Positions 17,809-27,623 of a DNA stretch of 64,000 bases are shown here, piece by piece. A program made the translations under genes and the position numbers. Positions within the stretch are counted from its first letter, which is position 1. Every line of letters starts with the position of its first letter. Source of the DNA: an uncultured Actinomycetes bacterium (GTDB lineage Bacteria > Actinomycetota > Thermoleophilia > RBG-16-64-13); NCBI GenBank assembly GCA_947085635.1, contig CAMTXC010000010.1, positions 18,151 through 82,150 of the forward strand, written 5' to 3'. The notes under the pieces are model-generated. The model worked only from the letters and a program-made list of their open reading frames with translations, searched no databases and was not told the DNA's origin.

Positions 17809-18708
17809 CTACACCTCCTTCCTCAGGTCGGTGATGCGCAGCAGACCGACTATGACCAGGGCGATCACGACGGTGAGCACGACGCCCGCCACCGAAGCGA
17901 AGGCCCACTTCAGCGACCCGACTTGGGTGACGATGACATTGCCCAGCAGGTTCACCTTCCGTCCCGACAGAGACGCGGGTGTGGCGAATTCCCCGAGCAC
18001 CAGAACCGACACGAAAATCGCCCCCGTCACCAGGCCGGGACGGCTCAGTGGCAACAAGATGTCCTTGAAGATCCGCCCGGTGCCGGCGCCCAGATCCCGC
18101 GCTGCCTCGATCACACTTGGGTCGATGCGGCTGAGCATGAACGTGACCGGACCAACAACGAAGACCAAGTAGATCTGGATCATCCCGATGATCATCCCCA
18201 CCTCCGTATAGAGGAGGAAGGAGAGCGGCTCAGTAACAAGGTGCGCCTTCATGAGAAGGATATTCAAGGCCCCGTGCTGCCCGAGCATGGGCTTCCAGGC
18301 AACGATACGCACGAGGAACGAGGTCCAGAAGGGGATGATCGCAAGCACGAGCAGGACGGTCTGCACCGTGTTGCTGCGGACGAACAGACCGATGTAGATG
18401 GCCACCGGCACGGCAATCACAAAGGTCGCGGTCAGAACTATCAGCCACACCCGAATGGTGTTCCACAGGGCTGAGTAATAGACCGATTGCGTGAAGAACG
18501 CCTGCCAGTTGTCGAGCGTGAGGACGGGTTTGATGTCGTAGCTGGTCTGGGTCCAGAAACTCACGTAGATCATCATCAAGAGCGGGGTGATGAGGAAAAG
18601 GATCATCCACGCCGACCCTGGAACGAGCTGCCAGTAGCGGGCCATCCGGCCTATAAGGCTCGAGCGGCGCCTGCGCGCCTTCTCCGACCCCGCCCTTGTC
18701 TCGACCAT
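17809..18708 (-). CDS. ABC transporter permease (PotB-like)
   Basis: Start at ATG 18708 (MVETRAGSEKARRRRSSLIGRMARYWQLVPG...), 12 nt after ATPase stop; EAA loop EAARDLGAGTGRIFKDILLPLSRP. Confidence 0.75.
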   Translation of the reverse strand: MVETRAGSEKARRRRSSLIGRMARYWQLVPGSAWMILFLITPLLMMIYVSFWTQTSYDIKPVLTLDNWQAFFTQSVYYSALWNTIRVWLIVLTATFVIAVPVAIYIGLFVRSNTVQTVLLVLAIIPFWTSFLVRIVAWKPMLGQHGALNILLMKAHLVTEPLSFLLYTEVGMIIGMIQIYLVFVVGPVTFMLSRIDPSVIEAARDLGAGTGRIFKDILLPLSRPGLVTGAIFVSVLVLGEFATPASLSGRKVNLLGNVIVTQVGSLKWAFASVAGVVLTVVIALVIVGLLRITDLRKEV

Positions 18709-18719
18709 CCCCCGCTTGC

Positions 18720-19871
18720 TCACTCCATCACCTCCAAGTAGACGAAGGCTTTGTTGGCAGGCCACCACAAGAGATAGTCGGTGCCTCCCTCGAGCCGCTT
18801 CGCCTTACGATGGTGAAGATGGTACTGTGCCTCGAAGTGCTGGCCGTCGGGAAGATCGAACAGGTAGGTCACGGTCGCCCCCGAGTACTCGTGGCTGACA
18901 TGCTTGCAGACGATGGAACTGTAGCCCTCCGGGAGCGGGGTGCCGATCTCCTCGACGTCCACCCGGTCGTAACCCACGCAGTAGGTGGCCGGCCCTGCGG
19001 CTGCACTCTCGCCAGGCGGCATCGGGAACGAGAAACCATCGCCTACGAAGGCCCCGCCTTCCACCCGACCGCCGACTAGGTTGAACCGGCTGAGAGCGAA
19101 GGCCACGTGAGCGGTCTTCGGCCGCGCAAACACCTTCTCCGGAGCGTCGAACTGGGCGATCTGACCCCGCTCGAGCACGATAATGCGATCGGCCATCGCC
19201 AGTGCCTCTTCTTCGTTGCCGGTCACGTGCACAAAGGTAGCGCCGAGCCGTGTCTGCAGCTTACGCAGCTCGACCTTCATGGAAGCCCGGAGGTTGGCGT
19301 CGAGCGCCCCCAAAGGCTCATCGAGCAGGACGATCTGCGGATCAGTAGCCAGGGTTCGCGCCAGGGCTACCCGCTGCCTCTGCCCGCCCGAGATCTGATT
19401 CACCCGGCGATCTTTGAGACCTTCGAGGCCAACGAGTTCCAGCATCTCGTCGACCTTGCGATCAGCAGCCCCGGCGCTAAGCCGGTTGTAGGCCCGGTTG
19501 CGGAGTCCGTATGCAATATTGTCCCCCACCTTGAGGTGAGGGAACAAAGCGAAGTTCTGAAAGACCAGACCGACATTGCGCAGGTGAGCGGGCACCCCCA
19601 CCATGTTGCGCCCGCCGATGTCGATCTCGCCCTCGGTCGGGTCCTCGAAGCCCGCGATAAGGCGCAAGAGCACGCTCTTGCCGGAGCCGCTCGGGCCGAG
19701 GACCGTCACGTACTCGCCCGCGCAGACGTCGAGATCCACGTTGCGGAGCACGACCTTGTCCCCGTAGCATTGGGTGACGTTCCGTACCTGCAGCAGGGGT
19801 TGCCCAGGTGCCCCGCCGGGCTCAACCTGCGCCGCGCCGGCCGCAACAGTCGCCATTCCTTCAGCGCTCAA
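18720..19871 (-). CDS. ABC transporter ATP-binding protein (PotA-like), copy 1
   Basis: Walker A GPSGSGKS, signature ISGGQRQRVALARTL, Walker B LLDEPLGALD, C-terminal TOBE-like domain; start TTG 19871 or ATG 19856. Confidence 0.8.
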   Translation of the reverse strand: MSAEGMATVAAGAAQVEPGGAPGQPLLQVRNVTQCYGDKVVLRNVDLDVCAGEYVTVLGPSGSGKSVLLRLIAGFEDPTEGEIDIGGRNMVGVPAHLRNVGLVFQNFALFPHLKVGDNIAYGLRNRAYNRLSAGAADRKVDEMLELVGLEGLKDRRVNQISGGQRQRVALARTLATDPQIVLLDEPLGALDANLRASMKVELRKLQTRLGATFVHVTGNEEEALAMADRIIVLERGQIAQFDAPEKVFARPKTAHVAFALSRFNLVGGRVEGGAFVGDGFSFPMPPGESAAAGPATYCVGYDRVDVEEIGTPLPEGYSSIVCKHVSHEYSGATVTYLFDLPDGQHFEAQYHLHHRKAKRLEGGTDYLLWWPANKAFVYLEVME

Positions 19872-19912
19872 AGCCTCTCCCTGTCAGATGTTATCAGCAC
19901 ACTCAGTGTGTC

Positions 19913-21019
19913 CTAGGCTGAGACGACGTGCCCATCACTGGGCAGCCACGTGACACACACCGGCGTTCCGGCGGCGAACGCCCGGCCGTACTTGTCCACG
20001 TGACTCTCGAGCTCAACCGTGATCGTCTCGCAGATGTCGACTTCGTAGACCACCAAGGAACCCACCACTGTCTCCGCCCGTATCTTGCCCAGCAGGACGT
20101 TGCCCCCGTACATGTCCCGAACTGCGGGATCCTGGGCGCTCGCCTCTGGGTACAACTCCATGACCTCCGACGGGATCACGAAGTCAACGGAGCTGCCTAC
20201 GGGTAGATCCTCCTCGACCAGACGGCCGCGAAGCGGGCCGAATTCAGTGTGGAGGGTGGCAATGTCGCCGTCTCGCGCGGTGATCGTGCCAACGATGATC
20301 GAGTTCCGGCCGATGAAACGCGCCACGAAACCGGTGCGCGGCCGGGTGTAGAGTACCTCAGGCTCGGCCACCTGTTCGATGCGGCCGTTGTTCATGACCA
20401 CGATGCGGTCGGCCATGGCCAGAGCCTCGGACTGGGCGTGCGTGACGAACACGAACGTAATGCCCAGGCTCTTCTGTAGATAGCGCAGCTCGGTCTGGAT
20501 GCGTTTTCTGAGATCGGCGTCGAGGGCGCCCAACGGTTCGTCGAGGAGCAAGATGTCAGGCTCCACGACCAGGCCGCGGGCGAGCGCGACGCGCTGCCTC
20601 TGACCGCCGGAGAGGCCGTCGAAGGCGCCGTCGGCGATGCCAGTAAGGTCTAGCTTCTCCATGATGTCGTCGGCGCGTGCCCGGCGTTCCTTTTGCGGCA
20701 CCTTCTTCACCACGAGCCCGTACTCGATGTTCTGCCTCACATTCATGTGAGGGAAGAGGGCGTAACTCTGGAAGATCATAGATGTGGGCCGCCGCTCAGG
20801 GGGCAGATCGTTGACGACCCGCCCCCTGATGGCGATGGTCCCTCCGGTCGGGTCCTCGAACCCGCCGATCATCCTCAAGGTTGTGGTCTTACCACAACCG
20901 GACGGCCCGAGAAGAGCGATGAACTCACCCTTGTCTACCTGAAGGTTGAAATCGTCGACCGCGACGGTCCCGTTCTCAAAGACCTTCGCGACGTGCGATA
21001 GTTCAAGGTCGTATGCCAC
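19913..21019 (-). CDS. ABC transporter ATP-binding protein (PotA-like), copy 2
   Basis: Start moved to GTG 21019 (GAGGAGAG SD) to avoid 24-nt overlap with SBP gene; GPSGCGKTT, LSGGQRQRVALARGL, LLLDEPLGALD. Confidence 0.8.
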   Translation of the reverse strand: MAYDLELSHVAKVFENGTVAVDDFNLQVDKGEFIALLGPSGCGKTTTLRMIGGFEDPTGGTIAIRGRVVNDLPPERRPTSMIFQSYALFPHMNVRQNIEYGLVVKKVPQKERRARADDIMEKLDLTGIADGAFDGLSGGQRQRVALARGLVVEPDILLLDEPLGALDADLRKRIQTELRYLQKSLGITFVFVTHAQSEALAMADRIVVMNNGRIEQVAEPEVLYTRPRTGFVARFIGRNSIIVGTITARDGDIATLHTEFGPLRGRLVEEDLPVGSSVDFVIPSEVMELYPEASAQDPAVRDMYGGNVLLGKIRAETVVGSLVVYEVDICETITVELESHVDKYGRAFAAGTPVCVTWLPSDGHVVSA

Positions 21020-21060
21020 CAGCCGCTCTCCTCGGATCGGTGCTTCGGCTACCCAAACGT

Positions 21061-22374
21061 TTATGCGTTCAGGAACTCGTCCCACTTCTGGACGTAGTAG
21101 TCGTAGTTATCGGGGAACTGGTGCCACACACCGATGTTCGCGGTACGCTCATCGAGGGTCCCCCCGTCGCGCACGTCGCCCTCGACGATACCGTTGAAGG
21201 TCTCGCCCTTCCACGGCGCGCCGTTGTACCAGAACGCGTACGCATCGGCCTTGTCGGCGTCGGTGAAGGCCTGCTCGATGGTGGTGGTGGGCGAGTAGTA
21301 GCCCTGCTCCGACACCGTGATGGACGGAGGGCCGCTCAGCCAGTAGTCGGCGTAGGCCATGACGGCTTCCAGGTTTGGCGTGCCCGCCAGCGGGGTGATT
21401 CCGATGGCCCACGCCCGGTAGCCCTCTTTAGGCACCGCGTACTTGCACGTGGTGCCCTGAGCCTTGACGGCCATGACGGCCGGCTGCCAGGCGTCGGCCA
21501 CCACCACTTCCTTCGACGCCATGAGGTTCACGAGTTCGCCGAAGTCGCCCCACAGAGAGCGGAACTGGCCTTGCTTCTTGAGATCGATGATCCACTTGAT
21601 GGCCGCGTCGACGTTCTCATTGGACTCATTGCCGGGGTTGGTGGACTTCAAGAGACCCAAGGTATCCATGGCCATGAAGACTTCGGGCATGGCTATCAGA
21701 GGGTCGGTGTTCAGGGCCGACTTGCCTTTCCACTTGGGGTCGAAGATGGCCGTCCAGGTGTTGGCTTCTGCATCGGAAACGACATCCGGATTGTAGCCGA
21801 TGCTGTCGAAGTTGTAGACCGTGGGCACCATCCACAGCTTCGTGTGGTTGGCATCGGTCCAGATCTGGTCGGCGATGCTCTTGCTCGCGGCGAACTTGGC
21901 CGGAGTCGGATCTGTGAACACCGGGCGGATCGACTTCCAGTTGGCCATCGTCGACGGGTCGACGGCAAGCGCCTTGTTGGTCTGAATGATCGGGGGAAGG
22001 CGCTCACCGATGGTCTCCCAGCAGTCCCACTCGGGGTTGCCTTCGGGGGCGCTGATGATGCGGGTCTGCGCATCGGGGAACGTAGTCGCCGTACCGGTCG
22101 CCGCCTTCACGCCCGACTTGGCCTTGAACTCGGCCAGGATGCGGTCCTGCACCGTCACCGAAAGACCAGTGGTGCGGAGTTCTTGCTCAGCCAGCGGCTT
22201 GCCCGCTGCAGTGGTGGTGGTCTCACCGCCGCCGCCACAGCCCGCGAGGATGGCGCCGCCGCCGCCGCTAAGGATGGCCACTCCGGACACCCCGGCCGCC
22301 CGAAGGAAGGACCTGCGGCTCAGCCGCTCCTCCCACAGCTTGCGTTCAAGGCTCTTTTCGTTCTTCTCACTCAT
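21061..22374 (-). CDS. ABC transporter substrate-binding lipoprotein (PotD/PotF family 1 SBP) with Tat signal
   Basis: SRRSFLRAAGVSGVAIL twin-arginine motif, lipobox LAGCGG, Thr/Gly-rich linker, SBP_bac_1 body; AGGAGGGG SD. Confidence 0.8.
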   Translation of the reverse strand: MSEKNEKSLERKLWEERLSRRSFLRAAGVSGVAILSGGGGAILAGCGGGGETTTTAAGKPLAEQELRTTGLSVTVQDRILAEFKAKSGVKAATGTATTFPDAQTRIISAPEGNPEWDCWETIGERLPPIIQTNKALAVDPSTMANWKSIRPVFTDPTPAKFAASKSIADQIWTDANHTKLWMVPTVYNFDSIGYNPDVVSDAEANTWTAIFDPKWKGKSALNTDPLIAMPEVFMAMDTLGLLKSTNPGNESNENVDAAIKWIIDLKKQGQFRSLWGDFGELVNLMASKEVVVADAWQPAVMAVKAQGTTCKYAVPKEGYRAWAIGITPLAGTPNLEAVMAYADYWLSGPPSITVSEQGYYSPTTTIEQAFTDADKADAYAFWYNGAPWKGETFNGIVEGDVRDGGTLDERTANIGVWHQFPDNYDYYVQKWDEFLNA

Positions 22375-22650
22375 CGAATCCCCTCCTGTTCCGCTTCACT
22401 GGACGCACGTCGCAGGACTCCCTACGGAGTTCTACGCCGACCCACCCCGCCCTACTCTCTCCGCAATCTCTGCCCCCCGGTCATACGCGTTGACATGCCA
22501 GCGAGGGAGTATCCCTTCGAACGTGACTGGAGCCGCGCGGGGATTCCTTGCGAGTCGGACGACAGAAGGCAATCAAAGAACAACCCGTCGCTCACGGCTA
22601 CCCCCTCTCCCGTCCCGTAAGGCACGGCCCCCCATATCAGATCGGCGACA

Positions 22651-22732
22651 CCCCCGAGTGCGCCGGCCGCCGAAGTCTATTCGTGAGTGTAGGTTAGCGG
22701 TGTGGGGCAGGGCTATAGTCGCACAGAACAAT
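22651..22732 (-). repeat. conserved bipartite upstream element, copy B (partner of 12140-12232)
   Basis: Top strand 22684-22732 TGAGTGTA-N16-CAGGGC-t-ATAGTCGC-ac-AGAACAA and CCCCCGAGTGCG at 22651-22662; 35/49 identity with copy A. Confidence 0.5.
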
Positions 22733-22774
22733 AACCAGAAGCCAGTTTGTTCCAAGGAACCAGGTCCGATGATA

Positions 22775-24199
22775 CTACAGCCCTCTGTATGCGGCACCAT
22801 AGGGCTCCCCCTTGACCCATCGACCTTGACCGAGTGAACCAACGAACGCGCCGTCATCGACAGTGAGGGTGCCCCGCAGGAATACCTTCTGTGCCCGCCC
22901 CTTCTGCTGCATGCCTTCATACGGGGTGAAATCAACCCCTTCCAGACTGTCGGAGACGGTCACGCGGCCCCGATAGCCCGGGTCCCACACCACCATGTCG
23001 GCGTCGGCACCCACAGCGATGTGGCCCTTGCGGGGAAACAACCCGTTGAAGCGGGCGGGCGCGGTGCAGCACAGGTCGACGAACTTCTGCCGGCTGATCT
23101 TGCCCGTCTCCACTCCGTGCGTCCACAAGACGGCCATCCGGTGTTGCACGCCCGGCGCCCCATTGGGGATTCTCGTGAAATCGTCGTAGCCCATGTGCTT
23201 CTGCGAGCGCCAGTCGAAACCGCAGTGGTCGGACCCGACCACCTGCAGCCAACCCCTACCCACAGCCTGCCAGAGCGCCTCCAGGTGGTCGGCGGTGCGC
23301 AGGGCGGGCGAGCACACGTACTTTGCTCCCTCGAAATCCGGCTTGGCCAGATTGTCGACCGTGAGGGTCAGGTAGTGGGGACAGGTCTCCCCATAAGCCC
23401 GCTGCCCGGCCACGTACGCCGTCCTGATCGCCTCGGCGGCCTGCCGACAGCTCACGTGCACGACGAAGATGGGCGCCTCGGCCATGGCCGCCAAGGACAT
23501 CGCCCGGGTGGTCGCCTCAGCTTCGACGAGGGGAGGCCGAGAGACGGCATGGAACCGCGGCTCCACCTCGCCCGCGCGGACGCAGGCTTTCTGGAGCACG
23601 TCGATCACATCGCCGTTCTCGGCGTGCACCATCACGGTGATGCCGTGGGCCCGGGCATCGCGGAGATACCGGAACAACGTGCCGTCGTCGACCATGAAGG
23701 GGGTACCCTTGTAGGCCATGAACAGCTTGACAGTGGGAATCCCTTGGTCTGGCAGCCGGGGCATCTCGTCGAAGAGGCGCTCTGAAACGTCCATGACAAT
23801 GCCGTGGAAGGAGTAGTCGACCGCCGACTTGCCCTTGGCCTGCTCTTCCTCGTGCTTCAAGACCGAGTCGATGATGCCTAAGCCGGGAGTCTGAGGGGCG
23901 AAGTCCACGATGGTGGTCGTTCCGCCCACCACGGCGGCCGTGGTGGTCTCGAACCCACGTGTACGTGTGCCACCGAACGGCAAGGCGAAGTGTGTGTGCT
24001 GATCGACACCGCCGGGCAACAGATAGCGACCGCGTGCGTCAACCACCTGAGTAGCCCTACTCTCTAGATTATCGCCGATGGCGACGATCTTGCCGCCCTC
24101 GATCAGGACATCGGCACGGTACTCTTCCAGCGCCGTCACAATGGTCCCGCTCTTGATCAGCAGACTCAACTCCCACCTCCACCAGTGCAACTGAGTCAC
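22775..24199 (-). CDS. dihydropyrimidinase/D-hydantoinase (cyclic amidohydrolase)
   Basis: 474 aa; DQHTHFALPFGG metal-binding His pair, carbamylated-Lys motif TVKLFMAYKG, ...VVGSDHC...; GTG start (possible 12-aa shorter N-terminus at LSLLIKSGTIV). Confidence 0.8.
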   Translation of the reverse strand: MTQLHWWRWELSLLIKSGTIVTALEEYRADVLIEGGKIVAIGDNLESRATQVVDARGRYLLPGGVDQHTHFALPFGGTRTRGFETTTAAVVGGTTTIVDFAPQTPGLGIIDSVLKHEEEQAKGKSAVDYSFHGIVMDVSERLFDEMPRLPDQGIPTVKLFMAYKGTPFMVDDGTLFRYLRDARAHGITVMVHAENGDVIDVLQKACVRAGEVEPRFHAVSRPPLVEAEATTRAMSLAAMAEAPIFVVHVSCRQAAEAIRTAYVAGQRAYGETCPHYLTLTVDNLAKPDFEGAKYVCSPALRTADHLEALWQAVGRGWLQVVGSDHCGFDWRSQKHMGYDDFTRIPNGAPGVQHRMAVLWTHGVETGKISRQKFVDLCCTAPARFNGLFPRKGHIAVGADADMVVWDPGYRGRVTVSDSLEGVDFTPYEGMQQKGRAQKVFLRGTLTVDDGAFVGSLGQGRWVKGEPYGAAYRGL

Positions 24200-24305
24200 A
24201 TGCGCGGGACCGGGCCCATCTCCCCGAGCCCCGCGGTATCGGTCCGGACGCGCCGGGGGGCCCGCAAGGCCCCCCGGCGCTTGGACAACGCAGTGTCCGC
24301 CGGTC

Positions 24306-25742
24306 TTACGCTTTGGTGTAGTCCCGGCAGGGCACGAACTTGCCGCGCCCGGGCTTGCCGACGGTCTTGCCGTCTTCCATGAGCACGTCGCCCCGCGACA
24401 TGGTCATGACCGGCATGCCCCGGAGCTCCTTGCCCCAATAGATGGAGTATGTCTTGTTCAGACCCTTGTAGAAGCTCTCGTCGATGGTGACGCGCTTCTC
24501 CGGGTCGACGATGACGATGTCGGCGTCGGATCCTGGCTGAAGAACGCCCTTCTTCGGGTAGAGTCCAAAGATCTTGGCGTTGTTCTCGCAGCAGATCTTC
24601 ACGATCTGCTCGACACTCAGCTTGCTGCCATTGTATCCGTCGGTGAAAAGGACCGGCAGCCAGTGCTGCATCCCGCCCGAAAGGCCGGGGAGCGCCTGCC
24701 AGACATTGCCATGCTTGCCCAGTCCCGACTCCTTGTCCTCCTGGTTGTAGGCACAGTGATCGGTACCCATGGCGGTGACGACACCGGAACGCAGACCTTC
24801 CCACAACCGCTTCACGTCTTCCTTCTCGCGGAACGGAGGGTTGATCTTGCCCCACACGCCCACTTCTTCGCCCATGTGCTTGGTGTGGGTGAGGAAGCAC
24901 GGAAGCGTCTCGGCGATGACCGGGACGCCACGGTCCTGGTACTTCTTGCAGATGTCCACGCCTTCTTTCGTGCTCATGTGCACGACGTAGAGAGGCACTC
25001 CCCCTCCCTGGCCCACTTCTTCGCAGATCATCGCGCCGGCCTCGATCTTCATTGCCTCGCAGATGTTCGGGCGAGAATCAGACCATGCCTTGAGGTCCGT
25101 CCGCCCCTCGGCGATGAGCCTTCCCTCGAGCATGTGGTAGAGCGCATACTCCTCGGCGTGGATCATGACGACTGCCGGATAGCCGAATTCCTTGAACTTC
25201 TCGAAGGCCTTGTACAGCTTGCCCGCGTCGGTGTGCCGCAGGCCGATCTGATCGCCTTCCTCGGCCTGGTAGGCATCGAAGAAGCACTTCCAGGAGGGCA
25301 TACCCTTCTCAGCCATCGGGAGCAACTCGTCGATGTGCCCTTCGTTGATGACGGTCGGGTAGATGCTGAAATCGAGGTACGAGTTCGCCTCGCCCCACTC
25401 GATATACTGATCGATCACCGGCAGATAGGGGCCCTGTACCGCGAGATTGGTGCGGATGGTCGTGATGCCGCCGTGGACCGCCTCCTCACTCTCCGACTCC
25501 CACTGAGACTGCCAGCTCTCGTTGAAGACGTACTTGGCGGGGCCGAGACCGATGTGGGTATGGGGCTCAACGAAGCCCGGGATCACGAAGTTGCCCTTGG
25601 CGTCGATGACCTTCTCCGCTTCCTGGGGCAGCGAGTCATCCGGGCCGATAGCGACGATCACACCCTTGTCGACGGCGACTCCCCCTTTGAGCACACCGTT
25701 CGGCGTGACCACCGCGCCATTTCTGATTACACTGTCGATCAT
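24306..25742 (-). CDS. second cyclic amidohydrolase (hydantoinase/dihydropyrimidinase-like paralog)
   Basis: 478 aa; MIDSVIRNGAVVTP..., EPHTHIG, SWKCFFDAY Lys motif, MGTDHCAYN; GGAGGAGGAG SD. Confidence 0.75.
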   Translation of the reverse strand: MIDSVIRNGAVVTPNGVLKGGVAVDKGVIVAIGPDDSLPQEAEKVIDAKGNFVIPGFVEPHTHIGLGPAKYVFNESWQSQWESESEEAVHGGITTIRTNLAVQGPYLPVIDQYIEWGEANSYLDFSIYPTVINEGHIDELLPMAEKGMPSWKCFFDAYQAEEGDQIGLRHTDAGKLYKAFEKFKEFGYPAVVMIHAEEYALYHMLEGRLIAEGRTDLKAWSDSRPNICEAMKIEAGAMICEEVGQGGGVPLYVVHMSTKEGVDICKKYQDRGVPVIAETLPCFLTHTKHMGEEVGVWGKINPPFREKEDVKRLWEGLRSGVVTAMGTDHCAYNQEDKESGLGKHGNVWQALPGLSGGMQHWLPVLFTDGYNGSKLSVEQIVKICCENNAKIFGLYPKKGVLQPGSDADIVIVDPEKRVTIDESFYKGLNKTYSIYWGKELRGMPVMTMSRGDVLMEDGKTVGKPGRGKFVPCRDYTKA

Positions 25743-25951
25743 GTGCTACTCCTCCTCCGTATTCTGTCTGCTTCTCCGACCGCCGACACGACTCGAGGGA
25801 TAAACCCCCGAGGCTTTCGACCACCGCGCTTCCTGGGGAAGCTCTGAGTCCGTTGCGGGACGCCTGACCCCTGCACCAATAGGCACCTCCCCCTTCCGTC
25901 GATCTTTCCGCCCACGAGCATGATTAGGGCCCGCACCTATCCCGCGCCCAC

Positions 25952-26968
25952 CTACCATGCGAAGCAGGTCCGCAGCCGCTCGGCCCTCTGGTCCGAAGCC
26001 AGGCAGAGCATCAGCAAGATCCTGGCTTTGTTCGTGGTGAGCAGTCCCGCCGATCGGGCCCCGGCGGCTTTCAACGTCTGGCCGCCGCCGTCGAAGCCGT
26101 ACAGGGGAACCACCCCGCCGGCCGGCACAACCGTGCTGATGACCACCTCCACACCGCGGGCAATCAGATCCTTGATGGCCCGGAAAACCCCGTCGCTCAG
26201 GTTGCCGGCCCCGAAGGCCTGCACCACCAACCCCTCGCACCCGCGGTCGGCGCACCCCCTGACCAGGTCGGGGTCGGCACCGGGATACATGTGGAACACC
26301 TCGACGCGCGGCAGGCTGGTCTTGCCCCTCACATCGAAGCGTGGGTAGAGGCTCTCGGAGTGGCCAACGTATCGCACGCGCCCGAGGTAGACGTCTCCCA
26401 GAAGGCCGGCTTCGCCCCCGGAGAATCCGTCGACACGGGTGGTATGGCACTTGTACACCCACTCGGGAGCGAACATCTTGCCGTCGAAGACCACCATCAC
26501 CCCGAGTCCCCGCGACCGGGGGTCCGCTGCCACTTTGATCGAGTCGCCCAGATTCCGAGGACCGTCGAAATCGGGCTCAGAGATGGTGCGCTGGGCGCCC
26601 GTACATGCTACCGGCTTGTCGCTCAGAGTGGTGCGGTCAAGGAAGAAGACCGTCTCCTCAAGCGTGTCGGTGCCGTGAGTGAGCACTAGTCCGTGGATCT
26701 CGGGCCGCTCCAGCTCTCGGTTGACGAACGCGCTGAGCTCCAGCCAGATCTCCGGCGACATGTAGTCGCTCGGAACGTTGCTGAACTGCTCCGACTCGAC
26801 ACGCGCGACGGCCTCGAGGCCGGGAACAAGGGCAAGCAACTCCTCCTCCGTGACCGCCGGGACGTACCCCTCCCTCACGGGGTCATATCGCATCGCGATC
26901 GTACCGCCGACACCCACGACCTTCACCAAGGGCAGGCTCACTCTCGCCGCTCTTTCCGCCTCGGCCAT
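25952..26968 (-). CDS. L-asparaginase/glutaminase family protein
   Basis: VVGVGGTIAM (asparaginase threonine signature TGGTIA), ...LTHGTDTLEET...; 338 aa; start 1 nt after upstream stop. Confidence 0.75.
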   Translation of the reverse strand: MAEAERAARVSLPLVKVVGVGGTIAMRYDPVREGYVPAVTEEELLALVPGLEAVARVESEQFSNVPSDYMSPEIWLELSAFVNRELERPEIHGLVLTHGTDTLEETVFFLDRTTLSDKPVACTGAQRTISEPDFDGPRNLGDSIKVAADPRSRGLGVMVVFDGKMFAPEWVYKCHTTRVDGFSGGEAGLLGDVYLGRVRYVGHSESLYPRFDVRGKTSLPRVEVFHMYPGADPDLVRGCADRGCEGLVVQAFGAGNLSDGVFRAIKDLIARGVEVVISTVVPAGGVVPLYGFDGGGQTLKAAGARSAGLLTTNKARILLMLCLASDQRAERLRTCFAW

Positions 26969-26969
26969 C

Positions 26970-27623
26970 TCAGCGACCGGACCTGTTCTCCCAGAAATCG
27001 AAGAACTGGCGGCTCTCGATCACGCTGCCGAAACCGGACTCGATGATGTCGAACATCGCGGTCTCGAACTTCTCGGCGTACGAAGCCGTGCAGTCCCTGA
27101 GCAGTACGAGGCGGTATCCGCGTTGGGTGGCGTCGGTCGCCGTGGTCCCGACGCACAGGTGCGTGGCGACGCCGGCCACGATGACGCTGTCGGCCTTGTA
27201 TCCCCACAGCAGCTGCTCCAGGCTGGTGCCCAGGAACGCGTTGAACCGGTGCTTGTCGATCACCGGCTCGCTCGGAAGCGGCCTCAGTTCGTCGACCACC
27301 TCCACGCCCCACGTTCCTTCCCGGAGTCCGCCTTCCCGGTACGGAGGCCGGGTCTCGGGGAAGAGACCGGCATCGAGCAGGTCGGACCGGATGCTCATGC
27401 GCGTGAAGATGATGGGGAGGGACCGGCTACGGCCGAACTCCACCAGCTTCTTCACGTTCGGAATGATGCTGATGCCCCGGCCGACATCGATTCCGAGCCG
27501 GCTCTGAAGCCAGCCCTCCCGATGGCAGTACTCGTTCTGCATGTCGATAACCAGGATGACGGGCGAGATGTACTTCTCGGGATCGAGAGCGAGGTCGGCG
27601 GACGGCATCTTCTCAGCTTCCAT
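26970..27623 (-). CDS. isochorismatase-family cysteine hydrolase (N-carbamoylsarcosine amidase/biuret hydrolase-like)
   Basis: Start moved to ATG 27623 (or 27608): MEAEKMPSADLALDPEKYISPVILVIDMQNEY...; catalytic Cys region VIVAGVATHLCVGTTATDA. Confidence 0.7.
   Translation of the reverse strand: MEAEKMPSADLALDPEKYISPVILVIDMQNEYCHREGWLQSRLGIDVGRGISIIPNVKKLVEFGRSRSLPIIFTRMSIRSDLLDAGLFPETRPPYREGGLREGTWGVEVVDELRPLPSEPVIDKHRFNAFLGTSLEQLLWGYKADSVIVAGVATHLCVGTTATDATQRGYRLVLLRDCTASYAEKFETAMFDIIESGFGSVIESRQFFDFWENRSGR

Noticed and set aside
21013-22620. 535-aa plus-strand ORF over the SBP gene and its leader
   Set aside because: Antisense to the Tat-lipoprotein SBP; Arg/Gly-rich. It extends into a non-coding leader.
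23021-25847. Plus-strand ORFs 23021..23785 and 24663..25847 across the two amidohydrolase genes
   Set aside because: Antisense artefacts. The minus-strand frames carry the metal-binding His and carbamyl-Lys motifs.
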